From Phoronis australis (taxonomy: Eukaryota > Animalia > Phoronida), in NCBI GenBank assembly GCA_002633005.1, contig NMRA01000008.1, positions 270,156-334,155 of the forward strand: DNA of 64,000 bases, in the 5' to 3' direction. The position numbers were made by a program, and so were the translations under genes. Under the pieces are notes generated by a model, which saw only the letters and a list, made by a program, of their open reading frames with translations, searched no databases and was not told the origin of the DNA. Below, one piece after another: positions 24,915-36,900 of this stretch (position 1 is its first letter; every line of letters begins with the position of its first letter).

Positions 24915-27900
24915 GTGAGTTTTAAGAATTTGAGTGTAGAGTTTTAGAATGAAAATGTCCAAAAACTTTTCCTAAATTCTTTTATTCCTGTGCTTTTAAG
25001 AATAATGAATTTTTTCTGCATATGTTTTAGGAAACAGTCCAGAACCAATCCAGGTTACATACTGTAGGACCCTTGAAAATGTCCAAATTTGTTTCACTTC
25101 AAAAGGTCATGCCTGATCATATGAAACTTTCACATAAAAATCGACTGGTCACTTAACGCTGACATGGGCTCTTAGCCTGAACCAGGCAGTTGCCCTCGTC
25201 ACCAATGACCTTCGAAATTAAAGTCTACAGATTCGAAGTTCAAAGAATTTGCGACTAGGCTAGTTGCAAATATGAAAGTTGAATCAGTGCTCTCTAACTC
25301 ACACATGTATTGGAATGGCTTATGCCGCAACAGGAGGAAAGAAAAATACCGCTTCATTTCTAAGACTAACCTGCCATATGATTGTTATCAAAGATTCAAG
25401 GTTTCAAGTATAAATCTAAGTGCAAACTCATGATTTTTGGCTTAGAGTCCAAATTTTGCAACTCAGAACAATTGAAAAACTTCCCGAAATAGTCTTATAT
25501 AACTGGGCTGTGTTTTTAAAATCAGTTGATGCCCGTTATTTAGTGGAAAAAACTGGTTCTCAAAATGTGGGCTTGTCGTATTAGACTATTACCAAACTTC
25601 CTTTCAAAAAACTTCCAAGAGGCATATGCCCTGACTCTTTTTGCATGAGGGGCCATCAAAAATATGATTTGATATAATTTATGTGGAAATGCTCAAAAGT
25701 TCCATAGAAGAAAAACAAAACAACTTGGAAAACTGTAAAAGCACATCCTGAACATTTGTATCAAATGGAATTTTGCCATGTGTTTTGTATGAAGGTCTAT
25801 CAAAAAATAGACCTTTAGGACTTCCATGAAAAAGCTTAAAAATGGCTTAAAAGGAAAATGAAACAACAATTTACAAAATTGTAACACTACTTAAGAGAGT
25901 TCATGTCAGCAATGGCTGATGAGACTTAAATGATACTTACAGATACTATCATGCTTTATGTGTTCCCAATATTTAGTTGTGAAGTGTTTTTAAAATGTTC
26001 CACTTTTACATGAGGGGCAACGAAAACAAAAACTTTTATGAAAAACTTGTAAACTGCATAACACAAAAAACGAAATGATAATTTAGAAATTTGTACAGCG
26101 CTTTCAGATTTCATCTTGAACACTTATAGGAAACAAATTTTGGTCATATTATTGATATGGTTGCTTTGTTATGGATGTGTACTACTTTTTTGCAAAATTT
26201 TGCTAAAACGACATTAGTCACAAAATCTGTATGCTTTCTACTTTCAGAAAATTACTTTTGCAGGGTTGACTTTATGATTTTGTAGATATTTGCCTGAATG
26301 CACTAACTAGTCAATAAGGTCGTGTGTAACCTCCACGAGCTCTTTTAACCGATTCAGTTTTCTTCTCGTGTAAATGAGAATAGAGTCGTACTTTTGTGAT
26401 TTGAAAGAAGCTGTCGGGTTTTTTTCTTCTTTCCAAAGCTGATTTTGCTTCTTGTTACTTGTATTAAGACTGCAGCTGGCTTGATCTTGATGTAGTTACA
26501 CATTTAAAGACTCTAGAGGAAATGTTTTAACTAATGTATCTGATTTTTTTAAATTAAACAAGAAATGTTATAAAAACCACCTATTTCTAGCTTTAGGCTC
26601 CAATTGTTGATCAATAATATTTTCTTTCATTACCATCTGTTCATGACATTTTGTGTCTAAAATCCTTAAAACTCTCACGGTCACGAGGTTAATCACCAGG
26701 TGGTGTGCAGGCATGGTCAATCATTTCTCAATGAAGCAAAATTTCTCTGGATTCACGTAGGATGAGAAATGAGGGAAACGTGAATGTCTCTGAAAAGTAA
26801 GGTTATGAAACTGCTTTTAGGCAACTACAGAATCTCTCGACCTATCTCAACGATGCTGTTGAGAATGAGACAGAGGCTCGTGGTAAGTTGGAAGAGTTTA
26901 TCACAGATTTGATTGACAAGGAGGACAAATCAAGAAGTAAAATCAAGGCATTGAAGAAAGAAAAGAAGAAGTTGGAATCTACTTTGAATAAAACATTGGA
27001 ACTTTCACTAATGGTGAGTCTTGTAATAGTACGTTTAAGTAATTTGTCGTATGGCTGTTTAGCCTTTATTAAACCGAACTGGGTTTTGGATCTCGGAATA
27101 AATGCGCACACCAAGCCTACAAAAAGGGGCCCGAATTTTTGAGTATGTGGCCCTTTTACTAAAATTCACGGGGTACGTTGAGAGCTATGAATTGGGCATT
27201 TGCCGAATTTTGGTAGTGCCTGCCTTTTTAGTGGACTTTTGTCTCGTTTTCTACTTTTTTCGGAGGTGAATTTTCTTACCTACTTTTCCATATGGGGGGG
27301 AGAACTTGTTCAAGCCTCCCAAGCCCCACCTGGGTGCGCTCATGGAATGGAATCTGGTACTGTACTTGCTCTACAGTTTCGAACATTCTGATTTTTAGCA
27401 TAGCCAAAATCAGTGAACAAAAATGATATTTTAACTTTTGTTAATTTGAATGTACTGCAATGGCTGGTATTTTTACTCTTTTCATTCAAAACTATGGCTA
27501 CAATGTGCCATAATTTATCACACTGTGAGGACAACTTACATGCCCGGCACAGTACCTGTGGAAAACGTGTAATACTTGAGAAGCCAAAACATTATTGATG
27601 ATTTTTTAATAACTTTCTATTCGTTTTGTACCGTAGTCTTTTGATATTTCTGGCCATTCTACTTATTTCACTCACACCCGCCTCTTGTGCATACTATTGT
27701 GTGGATTTGTAGGTTGGTTACCGTAACTATTATGTGCGACTGGGCTGTAAGGAATGTAGTACTGTGGAAAAGAATTACTGATTGGGTTAGAGACCCTCCA
27801 ATGACTTGCAGTGCCAAAGTTGTTGAACAAGATTCCGTAAAAATATATTTATGATCTGAGTTATTTTGTTCTCGCAACAAAATATAATAATCTGCTGAAA

Positions 27901-30900
27901 TGTAATTTAATAATTAATAGTAAAAAGTCAACACACGAAATTGTTGCCTGAATTATTTCTTTTCTTCTTCAGAGTCTGTCAACATTGTTGTGAATCCCAA
28001 AACGGTGGAAGCCATACAAGGCCCTCTATTCCTCAATTTTGGGTGCTAGGTCGACCTCATTTCCCTCAAAATCATTTGAAATTCCCTCTAAATTCTCCTG
28101 GATCATTCCCAAAGTTCCCCTCAAACGAAAAAATCCCAGAGGGCTTACGTTTACTCATCTACTCTTAGACTAATAAGAACAGTAGACGCGCTTTGCAAAC
28201 CTGTAGAAACAGACTTAGCTACTTAAAGCAGTTGCTGAAGTGTGTGGCGACCTTGGGGGTGGGATTGGTGGCGACGGGGGGAGGGGTGGAACTCTGGGAT
28301 TGTTATTGTCATTTCTCTCATTTGAAAAGTTAACCTATAAGAAGGCACAGGCACCTTTCTCCACAGGTGAGCAAGAGACTTGCCATGGAACGGAACTCAA
28401 AGTGCTGTTGGATTAATTTTATTTTGTTGGTCTGAGAATGTGAGATTTCTCATTTGCCCCCGAGTGTTCTTTGTAATTTGAATTAGTTTGACCCGACTTC
28501 AGTTTATCTCACCTCTCTCTGATTCTTTTACCATTTTGCCACAGCATAAAAGTGAAAGTTCAGATGCCTGTGTTACTCCAGTGACAGAGGGCAGCACTCC
28601 GCTACAGTCTACTTCTAGACCAAGATGTAGTACTAAGAAGGTCGGGCGACATCGTCGGAGTGACTCGGGTGTTGAGGATAGCCCTTCTACAGGTAGGAAA
28701 GGACTGTACTTGTGAGCTGCTTTGTGCTATGGAGTTGTGGTCTTGATTCAGGAACTGTATGCTGTGGGCTGGGATGGGTACTAATATTTGAAAACGAGAA
28801 GAATACTGGGCTGCGGTCCGTAGTTGCAAGACGCAAGAAAATTTGTGTAATCACACGTTTTGCTTATAGTGCACAGCAATATCTTGTGAACTGTTGCATG
28901 AACTTGCGTTTCCACGAGTTTCTTGCGTCTACCTAATGAACACGGGTTCATTTTGTAAGTTTGATACCAGCTTATTTTGCGTGCAAACACTTAGGGACTA
29001 CGCTCGCTGAAATTTCTTCCGATTTTTGTAAAACATTGTAATTTTTAACCATTTTCAGTCCGTTTGACATTGCTTTACCATTCCAGAGAATCTCCTTTCG
29101 CCCAGATCTTCCCCAAGATCCTACCCTCTGGAACAGGAGTTGAATATCGATGATAACGGTATATTGTGGGATGAGAGTGACTCATCACTGTCTTGTGTCG
29201 AAGGGTACCAACCAGCATCATTAAGGAAACTTGGCAGTGAACTCAATGCTGTCCAGGGAACTAGTCCTCAAAGGCGCAATCCATCTCCCAGTATTTCAGT
29301 AGTATCTAGTGACTCTACAATTTCCTGTGAATATCCTGTCCGAGATATAGGTGACCTTGACAGGAAAAAATCGGAAAAACGGAAGTGTCCAAATCCATGT
29401 ACATCAGAAGCTACTGGTCCAAATGATATGTCGCGGTCACAGTTGAACTCTGATAAAAATCAGAATAAACGAGAGGCAAACCAAGCAGATAAGTTCCAAA
29501 AACATAGTATAAGGGATTCAAGGCATTCGGACCCTGCTACTCCAGAAACTTTCTCGGAACCAAAAAGGAACTCTCAAAGAAACTCTGAGAAACAGAAGGC
29601 AGTTTTTGAAAAGAAGAATAGTCCCAGTCAGTTAAATAAAAATCTGTTGGATGCTCAACAAGATTCAGGAATTAGTTTTGGGAAACACGAGAAAAACAAA
29701 CTAGAAAAAAATGAAAAACTATCGAAAAAGGATTCAGGAGCAGTCAATCAGAAAACTACCACAGATGAGAAACCACGACAAGGTATGATACAAGAAAAAC
29801 AAAATACAAAGTCTCCAGAAGGAAGTACGTCTGGCCACTTCAACAAGAAAAGGAATGATAAAGATGATCAAGTGATTGTTGAAAATGGAAGTGCAAGTCT
29901 TTCTGATGATGAAGTGCAAGACATTTTTAATGAGTCTGAGAAACGTAAAAATGAATCATTTGGGAGAAGACAATCAAACCATTCCTTGAATGGAGATTCA
30001 GGGCACACTGCCAGGGAAAACCATCAGAGGCAGCGGTTGGAAGAATCATTGCCAGGACGCAATCGTAATAATTATGGCAAAACACGGGATTCAGTGCCGA
30101 AAAAATCTTTGCAAATGCCAATCACGACACATGGAACCGGAACAAATCAACACGCTGGGTCTTTTATGCATGGACTCTATCCTGAACCAAACAGAACTGT
30201 TGAAGACAAAAACTTTGTAAAAAGTGATGATTCGTTGAACAGCCATCTGCCTCAAGAAAATTTGAAAAATATTTCCAAGAGTGTGGTACAACCTGATGTG
30301 TTGTCTGAGAGTGAAAGTCACGTGTCTGTGGAAAACTGGCGGGACAATTCGAGTGGGGAAAGATATTTTGAGAAGGAACTGAAGGTGGCTAAATCTAAAC
30401 CAAACAAAGGTAATTTTTAAAACGCGTTTCTTGGTTAAAGCAGGTTTTAGTTATAAAATAGGTTGAACAGAGAAAACGAAGTCAAAAGTATACTGCAGCT
30501 GTTTGAAATGAAAAGTCTAAAAGCTGGCTATCACTTTTGTGGAATAATAATGTTTACACTTGTCTATAATTTTTTCAGACCCATGATTTTTTTGTAGAAT
30601 TGTAAAAACGTATATGTTCCACTCTTCCAAAGCATGGAGTCTCCATTGAGCAATATTATGCAAGTTATCTCGTGTGAAAGATTTAAATAAAATTAACAAA
30701 AAAAATAATAAAATTTACATCTTAATGCGTATCTGTAATCAAATTTAATGTAAATTTTTTTCGTCAACAATTCAAAAGTCAGATGTGTATCGGCGACCAT
30801 TTCCCAAAATTTTTCCGATGAGGAGTTCACAATTGAAAGTTCATGCTTCAGAAACTTTTGTTCCGAATGTTTGTTTCTTTGTACATGTTGTCTTCTCTAC

Positions 30901-33900
30901 TACCTCGTGATGGTCTTCAACAAAATATGATCTCCGTGAATATGTCTTCTGTTTATTGGTGAAAAATGTACCTTAGTGTGGTCCTGCTTATCAAAAATCT
31001 GTCGTTTATTTTTGTTCAATAAGCCTTGTTAGCATTCCGTGTAAACATTAGTCATGAGATTATTGGTGAGGTCATAGATATGGCTTCAGGTAGAAAGATG
31101 TGCAGTTGAAACTCTTGTTACGTTATGTTGTAGACAAACCTCCAAAGTCACCTCGCTGTCTCAAGCCACAGGCCACTGCACCTCCTAAGCCACCTCGACA
31201 GTTCACCAACGTGTCTCGTTTGTCCGATGCCCTCTTCTGTGTGTTTGAATACTTGGACACTCGAACGCTTCTCAAAATGGCGACCATATGTAAATTATGG
31301 AGAAACGTCAGCCGTCAACCGGCTTTATGGAAACAGGTGTCATTAAAACATGGTGTGATGTCATCAAAGGTAAGAAATTTTGGTTGACATTTATAACTGA
31401 TTTGAAATTCAAATTAGATCTGTGGTTGTTTTTATTGCAAAAACTATGAATTTGCTGACTGTATGCTATCACTGCTGATAATGAGCAGTACCAGAGAGTG
31501 TTTGTCAATGTTGGAGAGAAAGATCATCCATTTTTATTCAAATGTGACTTTACTTTGAGGCTGTCATCTCTTGAACTGTTTTCTCTTCCAGTTTCTTGTG
31601 ACAATATCACGCTGGTGTACACAGATGACATGTTTGACTTTGCAAGGTTTGTATGGCATTTCTATCATTTAATGATACCATATACAGGGCTTGGAATTTT
31701 CCGCGGAAACGCGGATTTCCGCTTTTTTCAAATGTTCTGTCTGCGCATTTTATTATATTTCCGTGTAAAAAAATCGGATTTGATATAAAATTTCTGCGGC
31801 CAATTCCTTTCTTACTGCGGCGTTGCAGACAATGTTCACCTCGAAAAGCGGAAGTTGCTCTTTATGTTTCGGAGGAACGTAAATTGTCAACATTGCCTGG
31901 GCATCTGGGATAGCTTGGTGGGATTTTGAATGGCGTCTTGTGTTATTGTAAAGAGCGGCGACAAATACTACGGCTCTGCAGCCAAAAATGTATGGGTTGA
32001 GAGTGGACGGACGAGCTAAAAGGACGCAGACGCATGCTACTGATGGTGGTAACGTTTTTTTTTTAGTCCACCCGATTTTTGTCGGGGAAAGGTTCACATT
32101 GACCATTTCAAGGCTGGGTAGCGCGCATGATTTGGGCCGTAAAAGTTTCCGCGTTTTTTGTCATTGGTCATTCCAAGCCCTGTATATAACATGGTCTGAT
32201 ATCTAAAATTTGACTTAGGTGTACTTGTGCTTCCACAGTGATGCCATTGCCTTCTTGTCCTTCCTTTGGCTTGAAATTGGTTTCAACAAATTGTCTGTAA
32301 TTCCTCCATCAATCGTACTTTAAGCCTTGCATTCCACTCCAGTTTTCACGGAGATGTGAGTCTGCAGTATATGTTTGGATTCATTTTTGTACTACATCAG
32401 AAATGCTCTTATGGGTGACATATGTACCAACTATAATAAGAATACGTACATCTAAACTCGTTACCAGATATGTGAAGGAAACTGAAGTTGGCGAAATAAG
32501 ATCATTTATTACGACAAAATTCAAATACAAAGAGCATAAATGAAAATAACGTGGCACGAGAGATGCTGAAGATGGCTCACGCCCCCTTTACTTGAAGCTG
32601 CATTTGGCCCTGTTTAGCTGTCTGACTAAAACAAAAAATCGAGTTGAGCCTTTTACTTTAGAATTGGTCTCATAACAGTCCGTTACCAAAAAGAACATCG
32701 AAACCAACGGCGACTCAAAAAATGCTTCAGATTTTATTGTGGTTGACCAACCCTAAAATTTCAAATTCAAAAACGACACATTAACACATGGCTTGCGCCT
32801 TGTGTTGGTGACGGAAATTGAGTCATTAACTAAAGAATATTATGAAATCGAGACTTGGAGGCCGAATTGATCGTTTCGTAGTTCTCTAAGCAAGGCGAAA
32901 TGCAACTTTGTGGATCATATCGAAGGAGGTTACAAAGGCAGAAAATCCTCAGCACCCCACTCCTGTCAAAATTCAGGTGTGTACCCAAAACTTGAAGTTA
33001 AAAACTTTGTTACTTCAGATCTAATGCCCCGTCGTCGATATCCCAAAGAATCCCCAGAGGAGTACGAGTCATCAGTCAGAGGCANGTCTTGAATCGGGAT
33101 TGGACAGTTTGCTGAGGGTTTCCCAGGATACACTGCAGACTGTCACATTAGAGGATTGTGGGAGCTTGTTATCTGAAAGGTGGGACGAGTTTTGAGTATT
33201 GTATGTCTGGGCCACGTTTTAAGAAAAATTGTATTCTTGATCTGGTCTGAGATAGTCGTAATATTTTGTTGAAAACCCATCTAAACTATTTGTTTAAAGC
33301 TTGATACAAAGTCATTCGTAGTGTTGAAACAATCTCCTTTCTTCATGTGTGCAGTTATGTAGCAAAAAACCAAGAGACATAACAAACAAACAAGCACAGT
33401 ATCTATTTATTTATTTGTTGTGATATTTAAAATGAGGGTGGCCTCTTCGGTGATAGCACTGCTTTCCAAGAGGGCCCTCAAGCTTTCAAATCTCAAAATA
33501 TAGTGTAATTTTTGTGTGTTTGTTATGTCTCTCTGTGTTTTGCTATACAGCTGCACATCTGAAGAAGTGAGACTGTTTTGACATTACAAGCGACTCGGTA
33601 TCAAGCTTTCAAACAAATAGTTCAGTCGTTATGTTCAACAAAGATTGTGTTAACAAAGGACTGCTACCAAACTGTATGTTTATTGACAAACGATTAATTA
33701 TCGTGCTTCATGAAGGTAGGTGTTTCACTAAATTGAATGTACTCGTTTGCATAAGTTGCAATATTAATTTATTTATTTCATGGAAGTAGAAACTACCTCC
33801 AAGCTTGTTTTTGATGTTTTCAAAGTTGACAATAAAAAATTAAATTAAATTGTTTTTACAAAAAGACACAACGTCACCTTCACGATGATGCGGCTACTAT

Positions 33901-36900
33901 GACTCAGTGTCATAACTAATCGACCAGTCAAATTTTATCTTTTTGGCGTGACTATGTTGAAAACTAATGGTTCGTGGTCGAACCATTTCTAGAGGTTTTT
34001 AATATGTTCAGTTTTTCATCTCTAATTTACACAAATGAAAAACACCGCGGACTGAGCAGACTTCCCTGATTGCTCGAATGTCGTCTTCCTTTTATAACGT
34101 ACATGTGACCTTGCAGATGCCTGTGGTTGGTCAGCAATTACTGTCGTAATCTGAAGTCACTGTGTTACGTCAGTGATTATGACACTGTTGGACCAGAAGT
34201 TTTGTGGGCCCTGGGAGCTGGTTGTGACAGCATAAGGCGTCTCAACATTCATCCACTCTATCCTAAGTAAGTTCAGCGCCATGGGTTGTATGAATAGGTT
34301 TTAAAGCCTATCTTGAGCAGTAACACCTGTAAATTTGGTTCCTGTAGTATGTTAAGAGGATTGCTCTGAGCCCACTAGTGCCATAAATTGTCAAATGTAA
34401 CGAACTGTTAGGCATATTGGCTTGCTTTTGTGTATGTGACCGCGAGAATCACCTTTTAATTCAAACAGCTGCTAATAACAGCAGCACGCAATGGTGTTCT
34501 ATTCAGACCCCTATTCAATACAACCTTTTGTTGTTTGTGCTGGGATCTCGCGGTGACGCAACATGGCACGAAAAAGCAGCTTCACTTATCGTTTGACGGG
34601 CTCACATTTAGGTGATTGAACTCGCGTTAGCCTTTCACATCGAAAATAACAAAATTCAGTTGAAGTTAGGCTTTAAAGTGTGAGTTTGTAGGCTGAAAGT
34701 AATGTTGTCTATGGCAGCCATATTGTGTAATGCATACTGGGTAACAACAATGACATCTCGCAATCGCGCTTTACGTTTGCACGATTAGGTATTGCTTAGT
34801 TACAATGCGTATTGTTTCATTTCAATTAAATGCTCTCCACATTAAAGAGTGAACAGACATTTATTTAAATGGAAAATACAGAAGTGTTGGTAATAAATGG
34901 TGATTATTTGCTATTTTTCATTAAAATAATGGAAAACCAAAGCTACATGTTGTTGAAGAGCAATTGAGTTGGTTATTATTACAAATCTCGTAGCTGTGAT
35001 ACGGACAGTTTTTGCACATGAACTTCTTCAATTACCTTTTTTTTGACGCAGGTGTGCCTTAGGGCAAAAAGTATTGTGTGAAGGTAATGTAACAAGTCAT
35101 CCACTCTTTCTTTCGTTCCTTACAGCCAGAACCCATCCAAGTTTACTCCCCAGTGCGTGCGTCAGATCACACAGTGCTGGCCTTTTGTTGAATTCCTCTC
35201 CGTTGGTGGTCCTAGTGTTGACGTAGCCAGTCTTACTGCTGTTGGTATGTGTTGGGGTTGCATGGTGCGTTTGACCTAACGAAAATTGGCGCGACGTAAC
35301 ATGATGTGTTTAGCCGGCCATTCACATATGGCAAGGCGTGATTAAGTGTTTGGCCAAAACCACGCTTGCACGCTCAGATAAATATCCTTATTGGATCAGT
35401 TGTACTATTGAAACTATTGCTTACGCCTCGAAGCCGCTTTGCATTTAGGTGGGCTATGGACATGGAGCAATCTGATTGGGCGCAACTAGCTCTTCCTCAA
35501 AAACCTGTAACACATGGAAAATTTCTGTTTACACGTCGAATAGTTGTGCTGCGCTTGTTTGCACCGTGATCAAAGAACATTGCTAAAAATATGAGCATTT
35601 ATAGCAAAAATAACCGGGCTTTTATAAAGTGGGAAATTGACAATTTTAGCAGTATTGGGGTTTGTAAACTGGGGGAATTTTTGCCAATGATTTGTTGCAG
35701 TTATTGGTTTTATTCTAGCTAAAAGCTGTCTGAATCTGAGAGAGCTGCACCTATGGAATGTGCCTAAGGTAACTGTGCAGACAATTAAGTCCGTCCTGAC
35801 ATCTGGTGGTGGCCTGAAGAGCTTACACACCCTGAAGATGGCGTCCACGGCAGTGGAGCCAGCAGCTTTGGTGCTGTTAGCAGGTAAAGTTTATCATACT
35901 TGCGTGTTACAGTCAGTTTCAGTATCTTTAACATGGGTTATATGTTGTACTTAAAAAGATTTAAAGGGGAGCTCTACAGATATTTTGGGCCCATTTATGT
36001 AGTTTTGAAGTTATCACTGTTTGTGTCAAGATGCCTTCTATGGTTGTATCAGCCACCACATGTGGCGCTGTTGTCAACAAATGCTCAAACTGTCAGCCAG
36101 TAAAACCAGAACTTGAACCCGAGTCTCCTAAATAGGAGTCCGGTGTGCAAACCACTGACTTACACTGTTTGCAGCATTAATTCTCATTTGCTTGTCTTGT
36201 GTTAATCGCTTCTATTTTATGCAAAACGTGGTTAAATAATTCTTTGAATCAAAATTTTGGATTGTAGTTCAATTCAGATGTCATTAAATTAAAATGCTAC
36301 ATTCGCTTGGTCTATCATTTCTTTTTCGGATCATACTTTTGAGACATGATCACTCATATTAAAATTTACGAATTTGTGTAGTTTATGCCATTCGCTGATC
36401 TAAAATTAACTGCTGAAAGTGCAGATTTGTGAACCAATGTACTCGTACCGTTTCAGACCTATGCCCAGCATTGGAGGTTCTGGATGTTCACATCATAATG
36501 AAGGACTATTTCCCAAATTCATCAAACAAAAATAGTAAAGAGTTCACTGTCATAACCAACGAATTGAAGGTATGGATAGATGGCAAATACTCCTGTTCAA
36601 CAGGTTTCCTAAAGTATCTTGGAAGTTTGGTAAATCTCATAAATTTTAGACAAAAATACGTAGTTGCCATGATTTCCATTTTTTTCAAGGCTTCTTTGTT
36701 TTTTTTCAAAACATTGTCTGATGGAAGCTCCGGTAGAGAAATATAAACCATTACTTTGGTAATACTTATCATTTTTAGGAATAATTTTAGAAATGCAAGT
36801 TTCACTCGTCTGCTGCATTTTGTCCTAAATTATTGAGATTCTGCTGTATTAAAATATGTCAACTGCAACTAGATCACCTGAAGCCTGTTCAATGATTGAA

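Noticed and set aside
31498-32206. Overlapping ORFs similar to ORFs at 54654-54957
   Set aside because: The peptide similarity reflects two copies of a non-coding MITE; no transposase motifs.
32882-33018. Alternative acceptor or ORF 32910-33092 as FBXO41-like exon 7 start
   Set aside because: FBXO41-like similarity and phase begin only at the acceptor before 33019; the upstream part has no similarity.
33019-33179. FBXO41-like pseudogene or programmed frameshift
   Set aside because: The shift coincides exactly with an ambiguous N, and all other exons are intact.
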